Made by a program: the position numbers and the translations under genes
Shown: positions 37,510-45,633 of the stretch, piece after piece
How the letters are laid out: each line of letters begins with the position of its first letter
Numbering within the stretch: position 1 is the first letter of the stretch
Notes under the pieces: model-generated
What the model was told of the DNA's origin: nothing
Seen by the model: only the letters and a program-made list of their open reading frames with translations
The model's database searches: none
Origin: an uncultured Verrucomicrobiae bacterium
GTDB taxonomy: Bacteria; Verrucomicrobiota; Verrucomicrobiia; Chthoniobacterales; UBA10450
Length of the DNA stretch: 64,000 nt
NCBI GenBank assembly: GCA_963756875.1
Contig: CAVWPA010000003.1
Location: 1,024,001-1,088,000, forward strand
Direction of reading: 5' to 3'

Positions 37510-40500
37510 TCATCGCGGGGGTGGAATTGGGCTCGGCTCCACTTCCGATTCAGAGGGCGAAACTGCCGGAGATGGTGATGGCGTGGGTGCCGGAAGCGAC
37601 GTGAGAACCTTCCCGCTCCTGGTTGTCAAAACACCGCCGGAAAGCGCGACATCTTCCACGCGATACAACTCGCCTTTGCGCGGTTGGAAATCTTTTCCTT
37701 CCCCAGATGTCGATTTTCGATAAAAGCGTTCCATTTCATCGAGATGAAATGGCCGCGCTCCCCGGCGGCCGAAGACGACCGTTTGTCCACCTGTTTCATC
37801 CACCACACGATCGCGGTCTAGTCCGCGCGAGACACAAATCGCTTCACCTTTTGTGCGATAGGTCGCGATCAACTTTGGATTGGGGCGCGGATTGAATCCC
37901 TGCGCGCCGGGGACAGTGTCGGGCGAAATTAACTGCACGACGCGCAGGCCATTTTTACCGTCGGCCACCAGCGCGAACTCGGACGCGTTGACGCTGCCGA
38001 TCTGGACGGCGCGCGTGTCGTTCAATGCGCCATTCGCGCTGAACATCTGGTCGACGAACGGATGCTCCGGGTTTTCGACATCGATGATGGCCAGCCCGTC
38101 CGGCCCATTTGCCACGTAGGCGTAGGTACGCGCGACATACAAACGGCCGGCGTGATTGAGTCGCAGGGTGGCGCGTGGCAACGGGACCGGCCGTGTCGGC
38201 TCGGTGAGATCGACAATCTTCAATCCGTCGTCGTCGGTAATAAAACCGTAGCGAAATTGTACCGCAACGCAGCGTGGGTTTCGCAGGAATCCGTTCGTCA
38301 ATTGTCCCGCGATACGTGGATGCATCGGGTCGCTCACATCGATCACATAAAGTCCGCGCGGCGTCGTCATGTAAAGCCGATGCCCGGCCGCCGCGACAAA
38401 TGACGCTCCGTCCAAGACGCCGTCAGGATTAAAGGTGAGACCTTTTTTTAGGAAATTGTTATCGGGATTTCCATCGACCAATGTGGCGACATTGATGACG
38501 ACAAGGCCCTCGACGCGGTCGGAGACATAAACGAACGCGTAAAACAGGTCGATGGGCTGCTCTTCGTTCTCGGGGATATGCTTCCGCCCGGGGTCGAGCG
38601 CGAGCGTGCTCGGCAAGGCAACGGAAGTTGCGTCAGGCGTGTGCACGTACGTTCGCTGGCCAAGCGGCGAGACCGGCGAAGTCACGATCCGTTCCGAAAA
38701 TCCCTTTTGATCGATATTCGCGACATCGAACGCTTCGAAACCGCCCGGCCCGTTTGCGGTGTAAAGGTATTCGCCGCGCAAGACAACGTCTTGAATATCC
38801 TTTCCCGAATGTTCGTACGCTTCCTGCAATTCGCCGCCCAGTTCGAGGTGCTTTTTGTAATCGGCCGGATAGGCGAGCTTTTGCAGATGACTTCCGATAG
38901 CGGCTTGCGGTTCCTCGGGCTCGGTCCAGACCACGGCGTGGAATCCTTCGCGCCCTTCTCCTACGTAGGCGTAGCGTCCGAAGAAATTCACCGTGCCGGT
39001 GCCGAAGCCTAACAATTGCGCCATCCATGCATTGTTGTCGTTGTTCCTGGACAAATGGCAGTCGGTGCAATTTTTTGTCGTCCCCACGCCGCTCGTTGTG
39101 TGTGGGAAATGCGGATTGAACGCCTGACCACTGTAACCTTCCGCCGAGATGGTTTGCTGCTGGGAATAAACCCACTCCCGGTTCGCATTTTGTGAGCCGA
39201 CCACGACTGCGCTCGACGAGCGAATCACCGCCATCCGGTTCTTTTTCACGCTGCCGTCGAGCCCGAGCATGAAGACATCGTCCCGCACCACCTGCGGATT
39301 GTAAGTTGTGAAGTTCCGATCGGTCACGCCTTCGAATTTGTTTTGCGGCACGCGCTGGTTTGCTTTCATCGGCAAATGGCAGCCGAAACAACTCGTCGCC
39401 CACGAGCTGTGACAGATCTGGCAATCCATCGCCGAGTTATCGTGGGCGAGACGAACCCGGGGCTCGTTATCTTGACTGCTTAAAGCAGTCAAGTTCGCTG
39501 GAGACGTTCTCGTTTCCGGGAGAGGGCCACCCCAGGTTTTTCCATCGATGCGGAGCGTTTTTGCGTAGGCGGACTTTGGATTGTAGTGCGGCGAGAGCGG
39601 ATCGATCGTGTCGATAGTTTGCGGGATTTCCCAGCGCACATCGGGCGACATGCTCGATTGTTGCCAGAGCTTATTGCCTTCCCACGTAAACCGCGGTCCG
39701 AACGGTGTGTTGCTCGTGTGGAGCAAATCGATCTGGCCGGCGTTGCCGCTCGTAATCAGCGTCGGCCGCCGATTGATTGTGCCATGGCAATCGATGCAGG
39801 TGATTGCCGTGGCGTTGCGCGATTCGCCGTAAAGCATCCCGTTCCCGTGAACATCGATATCGAAATGGCAATCGCCGCATTGCATCCCGTCCGCGAGATG
39901 CACGTCTTTCAGGTGAACGGCTTTGGCAAACTTCCGCGGATCGTTGTCGTCGATCTTGTCGTCGTCGAGATCGAGCAGATTGCCTTTGCGATCGTGTTTG
40001 AAGACCGCGCGAAAGACCCATCCGTGGCCGTGGTAATCGGCAAACTGCGTGTGCTTGAGCTCTGGATTTAGCTCGGCGACGTGATCGAGAAAATCCTTGT
40101 CGCCCCAGAGTCCGCGCGCGGCGGCTGCTTCCGGATTGACCATCGTCGCTCTGACCAATTCTCCATCGGTCGGATTGTGCTGCTTTTTCGGATACATGAA
40201 CTCGCCGTCGGTCTCCTGGTCCCACCAGGTGTAACCGAGATACGGATTCACGAAGAGATTCCCCTGGTGCATGTGGCAGTTCATGCATTGGCTGGCCGGG
40301 ATCGAGCGTGTGAATTGATGAATAATCGGATGACCGCGCTCGGTTTTCGGAATCGTTGGATCGGCCGTGAAACTCAAGCCTTCGTGTCCGTATTTGCTCC
40401 ACCAACCCGAGTTCGTTGGCGAACGATCGTTGGCGTACACAACGTGGCAGGCCGAGCAACCGCTCGATCGGTAATCGCCCGGATGATCGTTCGAGCCCAA

Positions 40501-41460
40501 AAAACCCAGCAACGGATCGTGCAGTCGTGTTTTTTGAATCCCGAGAAAGACCGGGTCGGTACGGTTGAGCGTGCCGAGTCCGCGTTGCGACAGTCGCCGA
40601 TCGGGTTTCCCATCCGGCTCGGCGGTAGTAGGCAGGCCTAACGAAAGAGGTTTGCGCCCGCCTTTTTCGAAAATGCGCAGGATGTTTCCCGGATTGCTTA
40701 AATTGAATCGCGGCACCGGCTCGATGAATGGGAGGATGCCGTGCACGCGCGTGTCTTCGGGAGTTACCGGCGTGTAATTGATCAGCTTGAGTGGCGCGCC
40801 GTCCGCGCCGTAAGCCTGGCCGAACCGGTAGTTTTTCAGGTAAAACCCGCCGTTATTATATAGAGCCGCCCCCCAGAGCAAGGCGCCGGTGTTCATCATG
40901 CTGTGATCGACGTCGCGAATAATGCGCTCGTGACAAAGCCCGCAGGCTTGCTCGGCCACGCGCAGATCGCCGGGATTGAAAAATCGAATGAATTCCGGCG
41001 ACTCATGGTTCAGCCGCGTGTTGGAACGCGGCGGGTTGGCTGACGTTTTCCAAAATTCCTTGTCCCTCGGCAAAATATGCGCCTGCTCTTTTTTGAGATT
41101 GAGGGCCGGGTTGCCGCCGTGGCAATCAGTGCAGCCAAGCACGACGTGCTGCGCTTTGTGCATCGGTTCGATGTCTTTGTGGCATTGCAAACAGCCGACG
41201 CTCTTTGCGTTCGCCTGGGCTTGCGTCTGGTCGATCCAATTCCGCGGCGGCAACGCGACCGGCGCAACAGTGGATTTTGAAACAGGGACGGAAGTGGGCG
41301 GCCCGTAACCGGTTTCGGAAGCACCAAGCACCAGGTTCCAAGTTCCAATGAAGCACCAAGCCCCAATCATCAAGCTCCAACGGAAATGAGCGTGTGTGTG
41401 CTTTGGATTTTGGAGATTGGAGTTTCTCCGCTGCTTGGCGCTTGGTGCCTGGTGCTTCAT
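37510..41460 (-). CDS. Exported decaheme cytochrome c fused to a C-terminal LVIVD-repeat beta-propeller (~1316 aa)
   Basis: Ten CxxCH motifs: CLQCH, CTDCH, CGLCH, CSACH, CMNCH, CGDCH, CIDCH, CQICH, CFGCH, CTDCH. Seven LVIVD-like repeats (e.g. YAYVANGPDGLAIIDVENP). ATG at 41460 overlaps the upstream TGA (TGATG). Confidence 0.9.
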   Translation of the reverse strand: MKHQAPSAKQRRNSNLQNPKHTHAHFRWSLMIGAWCFIGTWNLVLGASETGYGPPTSVPVSKSTVAPVALPPRNWIDQTQAQANAKSVGCLQCHKDIEPMHKAQHVVLGCTDCHGGNPALNLKKEQAHILPRDKEFWKTSANPPRSNTRLNHESPEFIRFFNPGDLRVAEQACGLCHERIIRDVDHSMMNTGALLWGAALYNNGGFYLKNYRFGQAYGADGAPLKLINYTPVTPEDTRVHGILPFIEPVPRFNLSNPGNILRIFEKGGRKPLSLGLPTTAEPDGKPDRRLSQRGLGTLNRTDPVFLGIQKTRLHDPLLGFLGSNDHPGDYRSSGCSACHVVYANDRSPTNSGWWSKYGHEGLSFTADPTIPKTERGHPIIHQFTRSIPASQCMNCHMHQGNLFVNPYLGYTWWDQETDGEFMYPKKQHNPTDGELVRATMVNPEAAAARGLWGDKDFLDHVAELNPELKHTQFADYHGHGWVFRAVFKHDRKGNLLDLDDDKIDDNDPRKFAKAVHLKDVHLADGMQCGDCHFDIDVHGNGMLYGESRNATAITCIDCHGTINRRPTLITSGNAGQIDLLHTSNTPFGPRFTWEGNKLWQQSSMSPDVRWEIPQTIDTIDPLSPHYNPKSAYAKTLRIDGKTWGGPLPETRTSPANLTALSSQDNEPRVRLAHDNSAMDCQICHSSWATSCFGCHLPMKANQRVPQNKFEGVTDRNFTTYNPQVVRDDVFMLGLDGSVKKNRMAVIRSSSAVVVGSQNANREWVYSQQQTISAEGYSGQAFNPHFPHTTSGVGTTKNCTDCHLSRNNDNNAWMAQLLGFGTGTVNFFGRYAYVGEGREGFHAVVWTEPEEPQAAIGSHLQKLAYPADYKKHLELGGELQEAYEHSGKDIQDVVLRGEYLYTANGPGGFEAFDVANIDQKGFSERIVTSPVSPLGQRTYVHTPDATSVALPSTLALDPGRKHIPENEEQPIDLFYAFVYVSDRVEGLVVINVATLVDGNPDNNFLKKGLTFNPDGVLDGASFVAAAGHRLYMTTPRGLYVIDVSDPMHPRIAGQLTNGFLRNPRCVAVQFRYGFITDDDGLKIVDLTEPTRPVPLPRATLRLNHAGRLYVARTYAYVANGPDGLAIIDVENPEHPFVDQMFSANGALNDTRAVQIGSVNASEFALVADGKNGLRVVQLISPDTVPGAQGFNPRPNPKLIATYRTKGEAICVSRGLDRDRVVDETGGQTVVFGRRGARPFHLDEMERFYRKSTSGEGKDFQPRKGELYRVEDVALSGGVLTTRSGKVLTSLPAPTPSPSPAVSPSESEVEPSPIPPPR
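39463..39500. repeat. Palindrome CTTGACTGCT-N3-AGCAGTCAAG in frame inside the cytochrome gene
   Basis: Near-identical inverted copy lies intergenically at 55944-55982. Confidence 0.8.
41318..41458. repeat. 7-mer-unit palindrome (family of 3624-3769) forming the first ~47 codons of the cytochrome
   Basis: gaagcaccaagcacca ... ttggtgcctggtgcttc termini matching the intergenic copy. Confidence 0.85.
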
Positions 41461-43529
41461 CAATAAGTGAGCGTCACGGTCACGATGGCGCTGTAAAGAA
41501 ACGGATCGACGTGGCCGCCTGGCGGGCTGGGATAACCGGGCACGGGCGTCGTGATGGTGCGATAGATGTCCCTGTAACCCGTGCGCGGAATGAGGAACCC
41601 CGTGCCGGCGGTGACGATGATGTTTTCGGTGAGCAACGGCCGCCATTCAAACCCGGCGCTGCAGTCGAGCGCGAAATCGTTACTCCCGTGGTTGGTAAAA
41701 AGGACCAGCTCGGTCGTTGCCGTGTCAACCGTGCGAATGTAATTCACGTTCATGAAGCCTCTCAGCTTTGGTGTGATGTCGGCATCGAGCCCATAACCGA
41801 AGATGAGCGCTCCCGGATTCACGAAGTTGGCCTGGCCTTCGGTTTTGCTGGTACGGAAATCGATCACCAGGCTGTCGCGTTGCTTAAAGTTGACCGACGT
41901 TCCGCCGAGATTGAATCCCTGGTGCGAATAAAAGCTGAATGGTCCGCCGATAAAAAATGGCCGGTCCATCACTGTGTCGAAGCCGGTGGCGTGCGAGTCC
42001 GCCGGGTTGCTGTCGCCGCTCGCGTAAAAAATCGACAATTTGTGCCGGAGCCAGTTGTTGTCGACAGACAACTCGAGTGCGGCCATGTGCGCGTTGATGT
42101 TGGTGCGCTTTCCGGCGATCCCGTTGAGACTGTCCTCACCAAGGACCTGATAAAGCGCGTGGTCGATGTTGAGCCAGCCGATGTGTCCGTCGCCGGTCCA
42201 ACCGAGATAGTATGCCTGCACGTAATGATCACCCACCGTGCCGATCGGTGCGGGCCGGGTAATGAAGCCGTTCTTGTCGTAATGCCGGCTGTTGTTGTCG
42301 AAATCGGCCAGAAACGTGAGCTCGCCGGTGTAACCCTTCCAAATTAAATCCTGCCGGAAGACGTTCGCGACATAAACCTGTTGCTGGCGCCGGCTGAATT
42401 CGTTCAGATCGGAGTAGGTGTCCTTCTCCAGCATATCGAAGGCGGCGACGTTGTATTGCCAGCGGTTATTGTCGTAGTTGCCGAAGATGCGCACGCCGAG
42501 GTTGGTATCGTTGAAAATGAACCCGCGAAAATCGCTCACGAACGGCTGAATGCCTGCGCGCATAGAAACGAAATCGTAATTGCTCGAAAGATCGCGCAGA
42601 TGGATTTCGGCGAATGCTTCCTGCATGGAGAAGAATTCCTTTTCGCGCGTGGTCCCGTTCTGCGGGTTGGGATTGACGACCCGGTTCTCCTCCACGTCGA
42701 TGTAGTTGTGATTGTAGACGCCGAGAAAGCGCAGCGCCCAATCGACCGGCTTGAATGCCGTCTCACCCTTGAAAAGATCGACGCCGATCGAAAAATCGTT
42801 CGAGTAAAAAAGTTGGTCGCTCAATCCGAAAAACTCGGAGCTGTTCGGCTGCGCGGAGCTTACGCCGCTTGGAGTCGGGAGTTTGCGCGCCTCGAATTGA
42901 AAGAAATCTTCCAGGGTGATGTTGAGGAAAACGTCCTGGCCGTAAATCGGCGCGTCTCCTTTGAGTTTGCTTTGCAAATAGGGATGCCACAGTCGCAACT
43001 CCGATTGATAAGGCGTTTCGGTCGACGGATCGGCGTAGCGCTTCCAACGGCCGAAACCGATGAACCAGCGGTTCGGCTCGGGCCGCGACGACGGCAGCAG
43101 GCCTTCGCCCTGTTCTGATTCCGGGTAAATTTCATATTGGAGTTCGCGACGACGCGGCACCACCTCGCGGACACCCTTGCGCGGAAGTTGAAGTGAGCGC
43201 GGCAATGGTTCCTCGCCGTATTCCGGAAGCTGCGGAAGAATGGGCGGGAAAAGTTCGGGCGGCGCTTCCGGCTCGGTCCGTTCGGATGCCCCGGGGTCCG
43301 GATTAAATTCGGAAGGGTATTCTTCATCGTCTTGCGCGAGGAGGGTGGTATTCGCGAAAATCAAATCGCCCCGAAGTGCAAGAATCGGCGGGCTGTAGCT
43401 GGGATTGTCGATCCCGGCCGATGATTGGGACTCGAGGTTTCCGGTATTGACCTCGACGGTCTGCCCGTGCCCCGCGCCGATACCGGTGCAAGAAAGGAGT
43501 CCGGCAAACAGCGCGATCCTCCGGCGCAT
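41460..43529 (-). CDS. Outer-membrane beta-barrel (porin-like) protein
   Basis: Signal peptide MRRRIALFAGLLSCTGIGAGHG; acidic Pro-rich linker; alternating amphipathic strands rich in aromatics, D, N and G; C-terminal VTVTLTY beta-signal. Confidence 0.8.
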   Translation of the reverse strand: MRRRIALFAGLLSCTGIGAGHGQTVEVNTGNLESQSSAGIDNPSYSPPILALRGDLIFANTTLLAQDDEEYPSEFNPDPGASERTEPEAPPELFPPILPQLPEYGEEPLPRSLQLPRKGVREVVPRRRELQYEIYPESEQGEGLLPSSRPEPNRWFIGFGRWKRYADPSTETPYQSELRLWHPYLQSKLKGDAPIYGQDVFLNITLEDFFQFEARKLPTPSGVSSAQPNSSEFFGLSDQLFYSNDFSIGVDLFKGETAFKPVDWALRFLGVYNHNYIDVEENRVVNPNPQNGTTREKEFFSMQEAFAEIHLRDLSSNYDFVSMRAGIQPFVSDFRGFIFNDTNLGVRIFGNYDNNRWQYNVAAFDMLEKDTYSDLNEFSRRQQQVYVANVFRQDLIWKGYTGELTFLADFDNNSRHYDKNGFITRPAPIGTVGDHYVQAYYLGWTGDGHIGWLNIDHALYQVLGEDSLNGIAGKRTNINAHMAALELSVDNNWLRHKLSIFYASGDSNPADSHATGFDTVMDRPFFIGGPFSFYSHQGFNLGGTSVNFKQRDSLVIDFRTSKTEGQANFVNPGALIFGYGLDADITPKLRGFMNVNYIRTVDTATTELVLFTNHGSNDFALDCSAGFEWRPLLTENIIVTAGTGFLIPRTGYRDIYRTITTPVPGYPSPPGGHVDPFLYSAIVTVTLTY

Positions 43530-43705
43530 AATCGCGCCGGTACACGATGGACTTAACCAGCGCATGGGAGTGCGAGAATGCCGGAGATACCCGGTTATTG
43601 GCAAGCTAACACGGAAGGCAGCCCGGACCGGCTAAGGCAACATCTTGGGATAGCAGCTGATTTTTAGTGGCAAATCATGGCTGATCTTGGTAGACCGGAG
43701 TGGCC

Positions 43706-45514
43706 ATGAAGCCGGCTTGGTCGCATTCTTTCGGACTGCCGATTTTTCTCGCGGTCCTCCTCGGGGCGCCGCGGATTTTTGCTTATCCGCCGGAGCCGGT
43801 CATCGTCGCGTCCACCGGAAACCATTACGTTGTAACGTGGGATGCGGCCTATTCCGACGGATTTCATCTCGAATCGAGTTCGGACCTCGGGGCCATGAAC
43901 TGGACCTCAGTTACAGCGGCACCCACGATTGTCGGCGATAAAAAACAGGTCGTGGTCACGGGAACGGGCGCACCAACGTTTTTTCGGCTGGCTGCTCCGC
44001 TGGTGCTCAGCCCGCTCACGGCTGCTGATGTTCAAACAATCATTAATCACGCGGTGACGCGCGCCGTCACTGTTTCGCCGAACAGCGTGATTGCAGTGAC
44101 CGATCGCGAGGGGGATGTGCTGGCCGTCTGGGTCGTGCGCGGGGGAGCGGCCAGTAACGAGGAGATTGCCACGGCGGTTTCAAAGGCGGGCACCGCAGCG
44201 TTTTTAAGCAGCAATCAGAATGCGTTTAGCTCGCGCACGGCCGGGTTCATCATCCAGCAACATTTTCCACCTGGAGTGAGTAACACCTCGACAGGGCCGC
44301 TGGTCGGTGTCGGCCTATCAAGTCTTTTTATTTCCGACATCGATAAGTTTAGAAAACCGGGCAGCATCATTTCGTTCAGTCCAACGCCGGGCCTGACAAT
44401 TTTACCGGTGCCGAACACTTCGCTGGATGGTTCGCCAGGCGGTCTGCCACTTTACAAGAACGGCAAACTCGTTGGCGCAATCGGCGTCACCGGCGACGGA
44501 ACGCCGTCGGCAATTGCCGGGTTCCGCTCGGAAAATCCGTTCAAATACATCGCCGGCTCCGATGTGGACGAGGATGTCGCGCTAGCCGGAAAAAAGGGAT
44601 TTGCGCCGTCGTCCAGCATTACCGCGGACAATGTTTTCATCAGCGGAATTCGCCTTGCTTACGTGAACTCGTCGACGTCGACCTCTAATACTATTGTGCT
44701 GCAAGGCAATCCGGATCCGCAATATCCCACAATTCTGGCGCCGCCGCCGCCGTTTCCCTATCCCGCGGCAACCTTCGGTGGCGTCAGCGGAGAGATTCGC
44801 CAGCCGATTATCAGCGACCCGATGGTTGGCCTGATCGATGGGCAGCCGCGTCTCACTGCTGCCGAAGTCTCGAGCATCATTACGTACGCGGCGCAACGGG
44901 TGAAGATCACGCGCGCGGCCATTCGGCTTCCCATCGGCACGCAAATGGAGGCGTTCATCAGCGTCGTGAATAATCCGGACATGCCAGGTGTTACGCCCAC
45001 TGTGTTGGGAACGTTTCGCACCGGTGACGCAACTTTGTTCAGCTGGGATGTCGCCGTGCAGAAAGCGCGCACCGCACTCTATTATTCGAGCCATGATTTT
45101 CTCGGTTTCGGTTCGAACATCTCCATGTCGGTACGCTGTGTCGGATTTCTTGCGGAATGCAATTATCCACCCGGTATCGATGGCAATCCGCCGGGCCCGT
45201 TCAACGGACAGCAGGAAATGTTTTCCGGTTTGTCAGGCACTTCCTGCAATCCGGGGGCCATCGTGCCAAACCTAGCCTTTGTGCCCGATCCGAATTTGCC
45301 GAATGGAATTACGATTTTTCCCGGCGGCTTCGGCCTTTATCGCAACGGCGTGCTTATCGGCGCGATCGGGGTCAGCGGCGACGGAGTCGATCAGGACGAC
45401 CTCGTCAGCGCGTCCGGCACACAGGATTTTCTCGCACCGAATGCCATTCGCTCCGATCAATTCTTTTTCCGGGGCACGCGGCTTCCCTACGCGAAATTCC
45501 CGCGCGACCCGTGA
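43706..45514 (+). CDS. Exported protein with two GlcG/HbpS-like heme-binding domains and a small N-terminal beta-sandwich
   Basis: Signal peptide; domain 1 IAVTDREG...AVSKAGTA...GGLPLYKNGKLVGAIGVTG; domain 2 AVQKARTA...PGGFGLYRNGVLIGAIGVSGDGVDQDD. Confidence 0.82.
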   Translation: MKPAWSHSFGLPIFLAVLLGAPRIFAYPPEPVIVASTGNHYVVTWDAAYSDGFHLESSSDLGAMNWTSVTAAPTIVGDKKQVVVTGTGAPTFFRLAAPLVLSPLTAADVQTIINHAVTRAVTVSPNSVIAVTDREGDVLAVWVVRGGAASNEEIATAVSKAGTAAFLSSNQNAFSSRTAGFIIQQHFPPGVSNTSTGPLVGVGLSSLFISDIDKFRKPGSIISFSPTPGLTILPVPNTSLDGSPGGLPLYKNGKLVGAIGVTGDGTPSAIAGFRSENPFKYIAGSDVDEDVALAGKKGFAPSSSITADNVFISGIRLAYVNSSTSTSNTIVLQGNPDPQYPTILAPPPPFPYPAATFGGVSGEIRQPIISDPMVGLIDGQPRLTAAEVSSIITYAAQRVKITRAAIRLPIGTQMEAFISVVNNPDMPGVTPTVLGTFRTGDATLFSWDVAVQKARTALYYSSHDFLGFGSNISMSVRCVGFLAECNYPPGIDGNPPGPFNGQQEMFSGLSGTSCNPGAIVPNLAFVPDPNLPNGITIFPGGFGLYRNGVLIGAIGVSGDGVDQDDLVSASGTQDFLAPNAIRSDQFFFRGTRLPYAKFPRDP

Positions 45515-45633
45515 CGTAGAGACAGCATTTCGTCCGAGAACGCGCCGCCTGCCCGCCTGTTGGACGAGGAGTTGCCACCGCGACCATTGATCTTAGAATC
45601 TCGCGGGCGCGTCCGAAACCACGCGCCTCAAAC

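Noticed and set aside
41461..41646. His/Arg-rich 62-aa N-terminal extension of the cytochrome in the ORF track
   Set aside because: It overlaps the barrel gene out of frame; the TGATG-coupled ATG at 41460 is the better start.
37510..43529. Assigning mtrA/mtrB gene symbols
   Set aside because: Ten hemes match MtrA numerically, but size, heme spacing, the propeller fusion and gene order differ; homology cannot be shown by eye.
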